From: Raillietiella orientalis
Taxonomy: Eukaryota
NCBI GenBank assembly: GCA_036172245.1
Contig: JAYWIR010000001.1
Coordinates: 3,782,001-3,846,000 of the forward strand
Reading direction: 5' to 3'
Length of the DNA stretch: 64,000 nucleotides
A program made the position numbers and the translations under genes. A model generated the notes under the pieces. That model was not told the origin of the DNA and did no database searches. It saw only the letters and a list, made by a program, of their open reading frames with translations. Positions 37,608 to 50,640 of this stretch are shown here, in pieces; position 1 is the first letter of the stretch, and each line of letters opens with the position of its first letter.

Positions 37608-39049
37608 ATTTTTAGCAGTAAAATATCTATTGCACTAAGATGTTGATTATCCCGCTTCAAAGCCAAAAAAAGAGAAACATTGCAGGTGTTTATTTTTGCT
37701 TTGACTCGAAGTCAGAAGGAGCTTCTGGAGTTCTGCTGACATGTAATCAACTCTATGGTTTCAGCTCCATCGTTTTCGGTGCTGAAATATGCCTTCCTTT
37801 CGCATCACTCTATTCATGAAAATCTGAGTGAAGTAGCAGTGAACCTACTTTCATCATGCGTCACTTCAGCTGCGTTCCTTTTAAAGACAGCCCAACTGAC
37901 GCTGCACCACAAACTTGAAATCCACCCTCAGACGATTGACGTTCTGTTGAGGTCTACTGCATACTTTGCATGGTACTTCCCTCTATACGCATGGTTGTGC
38001 ACAGCCATCTATGGTTTCATTTGAGCTCAGATATTTCAGCTCTACCGATGCACGAGCGGAAAAAACGTTCTGAAGAAAAAAATGGCTGTCTAAAAAAGGG
38101 TTGCATGAAGAAGGAAAAGAGACAGTAGTGAGGTGGAGCGGTTGAGTGGGAGGCGTGGAAGAAGAATCGAACGCACAGATGGCTCCGAATGAGACTCTCG
38201 TCGCCTGACTGTCCGACGGCAAGACGTTCCCAGGGGAAATCGCTTCCAACCTGGCTAGAGAAATCTGGGAAAGCCGAAGGAAATCTGAGAGGAGGAGAGC
38301 GCTGTCGGATCAAATCGAAAACTTCCCGTGCTCTGCTGAATCCCTCCTTATCGTGTCATCTTAAAGGATCGAAGCGGAATCGTCGGCGCAGCATCTCGTC
38401 TACAGCAGTCATCGTAGCTGGTTCACTCGACATATCCCACAGAAAGAGGAATCTTTTGTTGTTGTTGTTGTTGTTTCCAGAGCGGCCACATTACATGCTG
38501 CTGTGTAACAGATGAAAGGATCTGCAGCTCGTTGTTTCAGAACGTAGGTGACAGATCACGGAGAACAGAGCATGCAGACCAGTTCAGGATCATCGCAGTT
38601 GCCACCCAACCGAAGAAATGATCGGCGGATAGGGGAAGACTAGTGAAGTAGTAGGGTCATAGTCGGGTAGTTATCGAATCGCGATGGTGAATTCTCTGAG
38701 GGATTCCTAAGCATCTCTCGGATTCCGCTGCTTTCCCGCGCCTGAAAAACCCTTCCTTTCAGAGACGTTCGTTTCTCGGGCTAGAGACTATTAGCTCGCG
38801 ATTCCACGACTCCACCTATAGGAAAAGATCTCTTTGCCACGCCTCGAGCTGAGATCGGTCTGCCCCAAACTGCCCCCCCTTCCCCTTCTCCCTTTCCCTT
38901 ACCTGTCGTTTCCCATTGCTCCGGCAAGGTGAGCGCAAGTTCCGTTACCTTGGAAATTCAGGTTACCACTTACCAAAAGGACACTTCTAAGGCATATACC
39001 GCCTACCCCATTACGCCCGTCGACACCATTAAACCTGGGGGAGTGAGCG

Positions 39050-39500
39050 AAAGCTCCAACTGCGGCAGGTGAGGAGAAAGAGAATCCCTCCTACACCTGC
39101 CCGTGGATGGTGTGGATTGTGTTGCCCTCTGACCCCCGTGAGAACTCTTTGCCGCGTCCCTGAGGATCCCCGAGGGCAACCCCATTCGCATTCTGAAGCT
39201 CCTCTTCTTTTGCGACGCCCTCATGACGGCCGCATCTCTAGCAGCACTTTGCTGGTACGCGAGATCGTGACTGCATGGAGCAACGCCAAGGGAGGCCAAA
39301 ACGATACGGACGCCATCTATGTTTCCGTCCTCTTCATGAGGACAGCGTCAAGATGGCCCCATCTGGGGATCCTAAAACAGGAACTTTTCAGAATCCCTAC
39401 AAGGATGCAGAGGACAACCTCCAGCACATAGTGATCCTTTCCCAACCCCCCACATTTTTTTTAATGTATGTTTTTTGTTTTATTTCTTTCTTTTTGTTTG
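39050..39500 (+). repeat. Retroelement-like 3' end, paralog of 8750-9140
   Basis: Shared aaggatgcagaggac block, C-run and T-rich tail. Confidence 0.45.
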
Positions 39501-40130
39501 TTTCTTCTTTCCTTCTGCTGCCGAGGCGAACCTCGCCGGCCAGCACGCCGGTTCTCGGCAGGATCCCTTCGTCTATATATGTAACGCAGCATGACTAAGC
39601 GTCCTGCCACTGACTTGTATGTTTATTTTGATAAATGAACGCCCCGGTGCGACCGGGTGTCAAATTCCAATTCATGGATATACCCAATTGACCTCAAGGG
39701 CGATTTCGCCTCGAACTATCCTCGAACTTTCAATAGATGGGATGCCCGGTTTCTGGAGCTTGGACTGCTGGATGCATGAGCGCCCCTAGTGGGGCGATTT
39801 TGATGAGAGAGCTGGAGTTGTGGAATGAATCAAACCTTAAGTTATGGCACCCAATGCGGCGCTCATCAGATCACCTGGAAGGTGTCGGTTGCTATGGGCA
39901 GGAGTGGGAGTCTGAACAGCGAACTCATCTACAGAAGCAACCGGATGATGGCGGCCCTCGAGTGCCGAGTGTCTTCACCCAACCTCCAGCACAGAGCCGT
40001 TCCTGCCTTCCAGAGTGCCCTGCTTGCACCCTATAACGCCAGAACTCCATTTACAAATTAGACAAGCAGGTAGGTCATTGGGTGCTCCATGTGCTGGAGT
40101 CTCGGGCGCAGCAAAGGGAGGTCTCCCGCA

Positions 40131-40480
40131 GGGCCACCTCCCACACGAGGACGTCTTTCGGAAGAAGCCAAGTGTAAGTTGCCAGCATTGGGGAACGATG
40201 CCGAGCAAAAAATTGCGGCTGCAGCCGACGACTTCTCTCCCCTTCCCTCCTTGTCCCTTCTGCCCCAGTAACCGACCCGCGTGTCGGCAAACTCACCACT
40301 TGAACTTGTTTTCCTCTTTGTTTTGCCCCAGCTGTGCTCCTAACTTGTTTGTTCCAAACAAACTTCCATCGTGACCTGGTGGAAAACTCTGCAACAAGGA
40401 ACCAGGAAAATGCGCGTCGGGGTAAGACATTGTGCAGCACAGAGAGCATGTGGACCTGTCAGGAGAAGACTGGCATCCGG
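40131..40480 (-). repeat. Direct, slightly diverged copy of 26812-27160 (R2-type RT core fragment)
   Basis: acacgaggacgtctttcggaagaagccaag...ttgtgcagcacagagagcatgtggacc shared. Confidence 0.9.
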
Positions 40481-42599
40481 CCCTAATTGAAGTCTCAATG
40501 GTCCTCTGGCACCGGCTTATGGCCTGCCCTATGCTGGAGTCTCAGGCGCCGCGAAAGTCACCCTCATGGCAGCCACCTACACGTGGACGGCTGAGGCGAT
40601 GGCCTCACCTACAAGAAGTCACGTCGAAGATCGCTAGAGGGATTCTGCTCCGACTCTAAGGAAGCAGAGACTATCACCGAAGACCTCTGTTCTCCCTCTC
40701 CTTATGTATTCACTCATTTATTGCTCCCTCCCTCCCTCTTTGGACTTCACAGAAAACGACCTGCGTGTCGGTAAGGCTTCCCTTCGAACTCCGTTTCTTG
40801 TTGTTGTTCTTGCTACCGTTGTTTTGGGAACTTCATTCCCAACTTGTTTATTTTTATCATATAAACGCACCTGCGCATCACCGGGTGAAAAACGGGATGA
40901 GAGGTGGGAAATCTTCAAAACAGAGAGCTGCAGTGTTCCTACCTCTGCAGCCTCTCCGAACTGCAGATACGGAGATGCTATGAGGAGAAGATGGTTCCAG
41001 CGGTGAACCTTGGAATGCGGAATTGTACGAGGATGCGAAGAGATGGCACTCCAATTCTGAGTGGCAGGTCCTCGTGAGCCCCCTGGGGAGAAGCAGATGG
41101 CGCTTCCCTCTACTGAATGATCTCTGCGCCCGAGGAGCACCTGCATCCCCCAGAGATCGGCACCTATAGGGCTGTCCACTTTCCGCGCAAGAAACCGAGA
41201 TGTCCATTTCGTGGACCTCGGGGGACGATTTGTGAGATATTTAGCCCTCCAGGTAAAACCGTTAGGAGGAGGTCATCATTCGCCTCCCTATCTGACCACA
41301 CGGCACGAAGAATAGGCGGCCTTCTTAAGAGAAGGCGGTCAGCACCGCGTCCGGGAACGTTGGACACCCCCGGTCCGAGAAAAACCTTCTTGGAATGCCT
41401 TGGAGCAGGAGCGTTTGCTCGTCGCGGGGTCACTGCCAGAGAGTATGGCCACAACATTTAGACTCCCGGGGCGATGTGGAGAGGAAGGGGAGAGAGTAAT
41501 GGTTAGAGAAACAGAAATAGCTTCGGTGTATGGCGAAAACTGAAGAGCACCCAGCAGTGGCGGGAATCCGAGAATCGATGGAAGATTTCCGAAAGGGTCC
41601 AAAATGTCCTTCTCATTCCAATTCTTTCATTTTTCTCTCTCTCTCTCTCTGGACTCTCGGAAGTTCGAAGCCGAATGACCCACTTGAACCCGGGGGAAAG
41701 AGGCAGTTCAGGAGGACTCCTTTTCCATTTTTCCTCGTTGTTCCCAATCCTTTCCTGTGGAAAGAACCCCGCTTTTGAAGATTCTTCGTCAGGGTATAGT
41801 TTGAAAAGGCATCGAAAAGTTTCGGCTTTCATCCAGATGGCCATAATCGTCCGTCTCTGTGACGACGGATGCCTAACGGAGGAAGGGTGAGGAGGACGGG
41901 TGGAAAACGGCTCCGTCCCAAAAATGGCGATCAGTCACCGTGTAAGAAGAGGGTTCCGTTGTTCCTTTATGGAACGCACGCAACTTGAAAGCGAATTGTT
42001 CCGATTCCACGTGGTTGGCTGGAAGTCTGGGAATTCGCTTGAGGAAAAGGAAGAATGCCATGACGACAACAGTTCACATCTCGACGATGAATGCTTCGAG
42101 GGTGGCTCTGAGCAGTGTTCTTCCTCCCCTCTTCCTATTCCTTCGCCTTCTCTGCCAGAGAGCCACGCTTTCTGGCTGTTAGATGGAGAACCCCCCGAGT
42201 GGGCATGGTCGGTCGTCAGGCAAGTCGGATCAGCGGTGCTCTGAACGTTCTTCCGTGAGCCCCCGTGGTGGAAGAAGGGGGAACGGATCACTGCAGATGT
42301 CACCAGATAGAGCTTTTCAGGCACCCTGAGTGGCTAAACCCTTTTTTTTCAGTGTGTGGCATCTCACTAGCCAGACTCGGTTGCAGCCACCGAAAGCAGA
42401 AAGAACGCCACAGAAAGAAAAGTTCAGCAAGTGGTTGTCTTCGAGTTTGGAGTGAAAGTTGTTGCTAGATAGAGGATACAGCATTGTTCCTTGCCCCCAG
42501 AATCCTTGCTACCAAGCGGCCTACTGAACTGTATAAACAGTATGAGATCTACCCCAGATTCCTACACTTGAAGTAACCCATATGAAGCACACGAGGCAT

Positions 42600-44650
42600 C
42601 AGTCACTATCCCCTTCCCTCCTTTTCCTTCTCCAAAATCCCTAAAATCATTTGACCTCTGAACAGCTTTCTGTAAGGTGAGGCTTGACCCCATTCAGACC
42701 CGCCGTCAGAATTCGAAATTTTTTGTAGAAACCATCTGCTTGTGACTGCACAGACTGTTTCTGTCTTCTTTTCCGGGGCAGAGTTCGTGCTGTGGACAAA
42801 GCAGTGATTTTCGAAGAGACGATGGAGGAAACCGAAGAGAACGGAAGCAGCCCATGCCGTGCGCCTCGTGTACCGTGCTCTCCGAGCGCGAAGCCGGTTA
42901 TCCTGGAAGCAGCCAACACGGCATGCCACAGGAACTTTGAAAAGCGATCAGCTAATTCCCTTCTGGAAGAGGGTGGCGCTGGAACGGACTCGAATCCTTG
43001 GATATCTGCACCCTGGGATCAGAAAATTGCCATGAAGGTGAAGCTGCAGCAGGACGTGAAGACGAGAGGACAATGGAGGAATTCTTATCGTTCGAGAGGA
43101 AGTGGAAGTGAAGACCCTTCGAAAGTGTCTGCTGAACGCAAGGTGGCAGGAAGAGATAGGAAAGCAAAGCAAATGCAAGCAAAGTCGTTGCTTTTTTTCA
43201 TTTTCTTTCTTTCTCTTTTTTCTCTTTTCCAATCAAGTGTATCTGATTCAATTCTTTGTTCCCTCCTCCAGATCAAAATGCATTGTTTGTTTGTCCTATT
43301 GCAAATCTGCAAGGGCAGTTTTCCGCCCTGACACGACGAGGCATTTCTTCGAAGTAGCAAACAAGCAAGCAAATTGGGAACTCAGATCCCAAAAAGCACA
43401 AAGATAATTTTACGGGATGGGTTTGCCACCACGCAGGTCGGTTACTGAGGCAGAGAGGAGCAGGGAGGAAAGGGACAGTGAATAAATGAATAAATGAAGT
43501 GCGGGTAGGGACTTTGGTAATAACCGCTCCTTTTTTCTGGGTACCAGTCCCCAATGCTGGCAACTTACACTTGGCTTCTTCCGAAAGACGTCCTCGTGTA
43601 AGAGGTGGCCGTGAGGATGTCCGAGACTGCAGCACACCGCAGGACAGTGGCGCAGATGCAGCGCCATGGGGAGATCACAGTGCCTGCCGAGAGTGCCCGC
43701 CGCGCGCGAAGAATCGAGTCCTTGGCGTGTCCTCCCGGCGAAGGAGTGCTGAAGACAGAATCTTCCACAATTTTTTGAGACCACCGCACCTCAGTCCAAA
43801 AACAGTTCGACACCCGCAGTTCAACCCTAAACAGTTCCTGGACGCAACTTCCCCGAAGACAAGGTGTCGACACAGGTTTCACATCGAAATTCCCCATGCA
43901 AGAAGAGTAGCACATCGTGCTCCCAGTTTGAGAAGAGTATCAAAGTGTATAAACACACAAGAGGGACCACAAGTTCTTCAGAGGGGAGACACGCTCGAAA
44001 TTTCGCTCCACCAACGCAGCCCCTTCTTCCCTGAACGAGGATTGGAAGAATGCAGCAGCTCGCTAGTGGTTCAGTCGCCCAGGAGTTTGGTCTGCCCTGC
44101 AATGGCTCAGGAGAACTCCACCCTGCTGGTTGGCAATTGTCGTTGGTCGCCCTTAGGGCAGACAGAGCTGCGGAAACGAGGCTCGTTTTGTGCAGTCCTG
44201 CAGGGCGTCTCTCTCTGGAAGATCAAGGAGATATCGCAGGGAAGTCCAAGTACAACCGCTTCCAGTTCGCGAGGCAACAGTAGGGGATCTGCGAAGAACA
44301 CATCACAATTTATTCCAAACAAGTTGTGCTTTCCTTGCTGCTGGTTTTTCGGTTGCCAAGGCATTGGTTCGTTACGTTGTGTCGATTATTTGGTTGCGCC
44401 TGAAGTGCGCCGAAGTGAAACACGTCCACCCCTCACTACCTGCTTGACACCGCGGACACAACATGCTTTGCGCCCTGCGCGTGCTTTCTGGAAATCTTCA
44501 TTTCGCTTCCTGCTTCCGAGCCCTGCGGCGAGTGCAAGAGTGAGAAATTCTTCCTTGTTTGAGTACCTGTCAGTTCCTCTGACGATCGAGCAGGGATAAA
44601 CAGATTTGCCTTTTGCTTCCGAGGATCCAACATCCTTCGAGTTTCTTGTG
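42600..44650 (+). mobile_element. Decayed R2-type element (pre-RT to RLE); contains inverted-repeat arm 43525-44159
   Basis: SAPWDQK (SAPGxD-like), QSSVSDSIL, GFATTQV (FADD-like), VLKTE thumb remnants. Confidence 0.55.
43525..44159. repeat. Arm B of the ~0.63 kb inverted duplication
   Basis: Reverse complement of 26263-26895. Confidence 0.95.
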
Positions 44651-45099
44651 CGCATTGTGCAAGCATCCGTTTCTGTCACATGCACTACCGTAGCCTCTGA
44701 AACTGCTCCTTGCGATCCTTTTCCTTTCGCGTGAACGACTTAGTCTTCTGTGAAATTGTTGACCTCTATAGTGATGTTTACCATGGGAAAATGGCTTAGC
44801 ATTTCGGACTTCCACGGAGAGTTTTCAACGAGGAATGAACAAATGCATCTTGGGAGTTTTGTTCTGAGCTTCACCGCTGCAGGACCGGAAAGGTCGCGAA
44901 CGAGATGCACATCTTAGGGAACGTCAAATGACAAAGGCCTGCCTGGTTTCGTCGGTGATCTTCATTATCGATAAAAAAAACATCCTTATTTCTTGATGGA
45001 ACCGCTGGACTTCCACCTGCTTCAAGCACCGTAATGTTTTTCGTTCTCGAAAGAGAACTTGGCATCCGTGTGTCTCGAGAAACGCGCACCTTCTTCAGA

Positions 45100-45600
45100 A
45101 GCTCTTTCTCCTTTCCCAGAGGAACACAGACAAAGCAGCTTGTCTCACGTGTCCCGTGTCGAAAAGCGTAGCAGAATCTCGAACCGGATGTCCGCCGCAA
45201 AGAATCACGATTCTTGGGCGTGTCCTCCCGGTGTAGGAGTGCTGAAGACAGTCTACCCCACGGTCTTTCGAGAGCACCAGAAACAGTTCGACACCCGCAG
45301 TGCAAACCCTAAACAGTTCCGGGACACAACTCCTTGTTGACGCCTGCGGATTCACAAGATTCATGTGCGAGGCTCATGACAGTAAGAAGGGTGAATGCCT
45401 GGACGGAGAGAAAGAAGATTCGCGAAAGTTTCGGTTGCTTGCAAACGAAGGATGTCTTTCGGGACGTGGTGCGAGTCGTCGGAAGTTGCGTCAAGCAATC
45501 AGACATGCAGCATAGGATCAATGGGAACATTTGCGACAGAACCCCCCGGGAAGTTTTCACGCACGAAGAGCCAGAACAGCAGTGCTGATGGAGCAAAATG
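45100..45600 (+). mobile_element. Further diverged R2-type thumb fragment, paralog of 43700-43900
   Basis: ggcgtgtcctcccgg, ggagtgctgaagacag and aaacagttcgacacccgcagt shared. Confidence 0.6.
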
Positions 45601-45799
45601 CGATTTCGCTTTTCTCATCCTGTTCGAGACAGAAATTCAAGATCCAAGGCGAAACGGGAAGTTCCGCTCCGCTTCCGTTCATTTAAGTTTATGCATACCT
45701 GGTTTGCTACTCATGCTGATCTGTTCATTAATCATGGAGCCGGAACACTATTAATCAGTGTAGCCTGATGATACAAGTGGTTCCGCTTAATGACAATGC

Positions 45800-46500
45800 G
45801 TATGGTGCGAGACTGATTGATGACGATGTGCTCTATGGGCAACCCTCCTGAATCATCCCGAGCCGGTAACACGCTGTTTCTTCCGAGGAGGAGGACGCAA
45901 CATCCTGCCATGACGGGATTTCATTATATGGGCTGCGATCTTCATGAGCCTTTGATGCCACTTGCAGCGGGTGATCCAAACCTCTCGCGATCTGTGCGCC
46001 CAGTTGCACGTGCATCAACTACACGGAAAAATCGGAACCAGGACAGCAGCTATCCCTCCCTTCTCTGGCCGAGTGAATTCCTTGCAATTCAAGTCGCGAG
46101 GATCGCAAAGCGATGGTGTACTCCACTGATCTCTTCGCTCTGGTCCTGCTTCTGCTGGTGACCTCCGCTGCAAGCGTTTCGACGGAAGACGGCACCAGCC
46201 CTCCGGACGTGCTGCAGAAGAAGCTGGAAGACGCAGCTGCGCCTTCTCCTATGGCCACGATGGTGCTGTGTCTCTATGATCCGCTCATGTAATCCAACGG
46301 ACATGAACCTCCTCCAGACGCGTGGGTATATAGGTCGAGATCCCGAAGTACATGAACAGGATTGTTGTGCGGAGCACGGGGGATTGACATGCGGAAGATA
46401 CACGTTCTCAAGAGCCACTTCGGCTTGGGTGACGTCGCTAGTGGGTCCGCGGAGGATCTGACGGTCAAGCAGACCTTCAGCAAAAGAACTCTACGACTTC
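45800..46500 (-). mobile_element. Decayed R2-type thumb and CCHC fragment
   Basis: PKPKWLL / ENVYLP, VLRDLDLY, RVWRRFM, GLDHPLQV...PYNEI remnants. Confidence 0.45.
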
Positions 46501-47079
46501 TGAGTCGTTTCCCTGTAGGAAGTGGCATCCAAGGACTCTAACTGCACCCTGCACTTCGAGTCTGAGGGCATCTTGGACCAGGAAATGCACGGATTTTACA
46601 GGAGCAATTGCAAGGTGGCATCAGCACAGCAGCGTTCCGAGATCCTCTTTGCCATGGAAATCCATTAGCTAGAGGGTCCATCATAAATGATCTGAGACGG
46701 CCGAGCTGCTCACGCTCACAGGCAGCGAATGACTTGCTGCTCTTCCGAAGGCAGTAAATGGACAAAGAGTGCGCTTCTTGAGCCGCCAGTGAGAATTCAA
46801 GAATATCGCCATCATCTCGAGAAAACACGAGTCCCGTTAGAAGGTTCTCTGCTACACTTGCATCCGAGATGGGGTGGACTGAGCGAAGGATGGTCGGCGT
46901 GCCGGGTGGGCTGGAAAGTTCTTGCGTGCTCGGAAGCTTCACGATTTCGCAATCCCTCCCAAAAAAACGCAGCAGAGAGGATTTTCTGCAGCTTCTGCCG
47001 TTCAACCGAACCCTTCCGTCGCTGCTGAAGGATGGGGAACGTCTCGGACGGCGGGAGAAGCCGCGCCCAAAGATCTCGC

Positions 47080-48120
47080 TGATACTCCGCAAAGAACCAT
47101 TTCTCAGGATTCACCGGGAGATGCATCAGTCGGTCCTAAGTCTTCCGCCCGGAGGCTGTTCTCACAGAATCCTCCCTTACATCTGACCTCTAGGATCTTG
47201 CCGGAGCCATCTGCCGCCACCACTAAGTTCTGCGGCGAGTACGGCAGCTCCAGGGCGAGCTCGTTCCCGAGCCCTTCCGTGCTCACCGGACCAACCTGCC
47301 TCATGCGGCGGCGATGCGCCGGATGTTAGGAGCGGCTCCGTCCCGGTGGTTGGATGTCGCCTGAGAGCCACTCATCTCCAGGACCGGTCTCTTAGGTCTG
47401 CAAGTGAGTCGTTACTCACTCCTTAGTCAACCTCACGGGCATACCTACTCAGTACGCGTGGCCATCCAGGTCGGGACCCTGAAGGACACGTATAGGATTG
47501 TCCTGAGCAGCACGGGCTTGACATGCTGAAGATGCGCGTCCTCAAGAGCCATTTCAGCTTGGGAGACGTTTCCAAGCGGTCCGTGGAGGAGGACCCCTTG
47601 GCGACCTCAGTAACCCTCAGAGGATTCCGACCTTTAGGGCCACCGTCCTGCTGTCCATAGCAACGAACACCTTTCAGGGGATCCGACGAGAGTCATCCTG
47701 AAGGGCACCGTGATCCAACGTTTGGTTCATCCCGCAGCCTTAGTTCTGCTTGCCAAAATCGGCCCACTAGGCGCTCGTGAGTCCATCAGTCCGGGATTCA
47801 GCGTCCAATTGCGCCGAACTTGTCAGCCATTTCAAGTTCGAGGACAGGTCGAGGTCAATTCGACCCCGAGACCTTATCCTCTCTGCCTGACGAGATTCCT
47901 CTCTTCCTTTTAGCGTCGATGAGAGCCGGCTATCCTGAGAAAAACTATCAGAGGGAAGCAGTAGCTACTAGAGGATTGGGTCTGTCTTTCTCCCTTACTT
48001 CCAGTCCCCTACGACTCACTTGCACGCTGGGATCGCCGCGGACCTTCACCAGGGTTTCCTCTGGCTTCGTTCTGGCCAGACGTGGGTCCACCATCTTTCA
48101 GGTCCCAGCATGCGCGCTGC
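47080..48120 (-). pseudogene. Strongly diverged 28S (LSU) rRNA pseudogene fragment, interrupted at 47427-47620; weaker similarity may extend to ~46580
   Basis: Colinear antisense matches to conserved LSU blocks: ggccaccgtcctgctgtc, ggttcatcccgcagc, agttctgctt, ggcccactaggc, gctatcctgag, agctactaga, gtttcctctggcttcg, caccatctttc; many substitutions in normally invariant positions. Confidence 0.9.
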
Positions 48121-48519
48121 AGGTGCACTCCGGCAGCAATCGAGTGTCACGGGGCGCACTCGTGCGTAAGCAGCGAATGGTCACGAGAAGGGCCGCCCGC
48201 GGACGTATCTTCCCAGCTCGGCGAGCGATCGGACGCCCGCACCCAGAACGCCCTCCCGCAGACCACGACGCGCGCCCCTTCCCTTCCGATCAGACAGGTC
48301 CCTCAGGGATTGTATCCAGTCCCGTGAGGCCGGCCTGTCTGTCCCCTTCCCCGTTTGCCTTATCGGCCTTTGCCTCCAATCCCTACGCTCTTCCGAGTCC
48401 TGTCCCCAGTGGAGGTCGTTGCTTTCCGTTCCGGACCGGCTCCACTCCCCTAACTGTGTTGATTTTTATTTACTCCCTTTAAATAAGTAGCCTGGCAACA
48501 CAGGATGAAAAGGGTCATC

Positions 48520-49480
48520 CGGGTTCACTTGAGTGATAAAGCGGGAAAAATCATGAAACCAAAGCATAAAAATGCGGCTGAAGTTATTGCGCCCACCCGT
48601 AGCTCAGTGTCACGCAGGAACAGGGGAGCGGACGCCACACTCGAGGGAAAGGGTGAGGCGGTAAACAAACTGGTGCAGAGCGCATCAGCAAACACAGAAA
48701 GAAAAGAAAGAAAAAGAAAAGACGTCAACTGTTGTTGGGTGCCGCGCAATTCAGGGAAGGGAATTGATGATGAGAAAGGGTTCACCGGGCTGCTGCTTCG
48801 TGACCTTTCCCGCGGCTCCTGGTGCTGCGCTTGGCAGGCGGTGCCCTCCTCGACTTCCGAACGGTGGTGAGGCCACCTTGCCGCTCTTCTCATCGTAAAT
48901 GGGATAAACGGATGGCTATCCTCTGGTGGCACCACCGCTGCGCCGGAGCGTGCAGACCCATCTCCACTGCTGAACGGACGTAGCACAGGAGGTTCCGCCA
49001 AAGAGTCGGCGGTCGAGAGACCTTGCGGCATAAGGTGCCGTCACAGAAGCTGCCGACGGGAGTCATCCGAATTCAAGAGTGTCTCCTTTACTTGCTGCCA
49101 CCCGCTGAGGAGGAACTTGCAACCCAGGAAGGGATGCGGGAAAGATTCCATTCTTTCTCAGGAGGCATACTTCGGCGACGCGTGCCCTGTTGTCTCACGG
49201 AGAATCCCTGGGCTGGAGGAGTATCGCCTCTTGCTGCCAGCTGAGCGGACGGCACTGGACCGTCGAAGAGGATCCTGGAGATCGCTGGTTCATGCAGAGA
49301 GATCTCCGGATTGTCTCCACACCGGTTCGTGTTGCGAGAGCGGACGCGAGGTGTCGCTATGTGCGAAGCTTATAGCTCGGATGAACCGCTTGGGAGGTTT
49401 TGAAATTCCGCGACGCAGGAATCCTTCCGCCTAGACTGACCGCTGCCATTCCGTAAGGAGGGCAGCTCTTCGTCAAAAGA
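48520..49480 (-). mobile_element. Decayed Tx1/L1-type 3' part, diverged paralog of 3330-3830 / 22070-22570
   Basis: MESFPHPFLGCKFLLSGWQQVK; shared gaccgtcgaagaggatcctggaga and ggatgaaccgcttgggaggttt. Confidence 0.7.
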
Positions 49481-49489
49481 ATCTCGGAG

Positions 49490-50640
49490 ACCACGTGGTT
49501 GCGGTCTCCGCGCCTGGCACCACCAAGCGTCGCGATGGTGAAAGAATCGACGCCGAGAGATGATGGTGCATCGTGGGTTCGAGTTTCTCCTGACAGATGA
49601 CACTGGTTGGCCCATATTCATTCGGGTGCGGCATTGGTAGAGGTTGAAACTGGATACTCTCGATCGGTGGCCGGGATCGGGAGTCGACCTCCGGGTCCGG
49701 GAAACAAAATCAAGGAGTGAGGGTTCCTCTCCGGTTGTTCAGAGAAGAGGACACCTCCCTTCGGGGGGGGAGGGGGGAGACCCTCCGTCTCGTACCATGA
49801 AGTAGGTGGATTGACGATACCACTCCAGAGTTCAGAGAAGCGTGCAGCTCTCTTCGTGGAGCGCCATTCTGAGAAATTCCGGAAGCATCCCTTCAGGGTT
49901 CTCTTCAGAGGAGTAAACAAGAGCGGTTCCCTTCGGAGACGAGATTCCTAACAGCAGATCCTTTTCGCGTTCCCTTCGAGGAAAAAATACTGGAGAGGAC
50001 CCATCCGGGGATCCCTCTAAAGAGAATAAAGAAGGGACTTCCATTCAGGGATCCCCCCAGGCGTGAGAGGATCCTCCGGAACCCTTCCTGGATTCATAGG
50101 GCGATCTTGAAGAGAAGAGTCCCAATCTTGAAGAGTCACACGCACGCTCGGGTGGCGTGGAACAGCTCTAAAGAGCTGCGTGAGCCGCCAGGCGCGCGGC
50201 GGCTCTCGAAGCACTTTGAGCCACAGGATGGACACCGGAAAATGGAGGGTGCGTCGTGGATTTCGAGTTCCCCCCGCAGGATGATGCTGGTTGGCCTGAG
50301 GACTTTGGGTGTGTCACTGGTGGGATCTGGAAACCGGATGACCCCGTTGACTATCCGGGACTGGAAACTGACCCTCCCGGGTCCTTCCAGGAATCAAGGA
50401 GTGTCGGTTCCTTTCGGGGTTCCCCACTGGTTGTGAAAATGGAACCGTCCCCATCCTCGGAGGGAAACGTTCCCTCTCATACCATGGAGCTGGTGGATTG
50501 ATACCTCTCCAGAACTGTCAAGAACTGAAATACTGGCGAACCGTTCACCTCCTTAGGAGGGGCTCATGAAGCACCTTGACTCTGTCCAGGTCACCTGAGG
50601 CTGCGTGTGACTCTTCAAGCTGGAAGATTCATCACCCGGT
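49490..50640 (+). repeat. Two head-to-tail copies of the tRNA-headed repeat (about 49490-50186 and 50190-50540) plus an inverted tail piece (50560-50625)
   Basis: gtgggttcgag / gtggatttcgag B-box-like blocks, gtccttccaggaatcaagga, gaagagtcacacgca in both orientations. Confidence 0.6.

Noticed and set aside
38600-39060. Second rRNA-like segment
   Set aside because: Only short, non-colinear resemblances to LSU blocks; not supportable by eye
47104-47371. Myb-like domain of an R2 element on the minus strand
   Set aside because: The nucleotide sequence aligns better as a continuation of the 28S pseudogene
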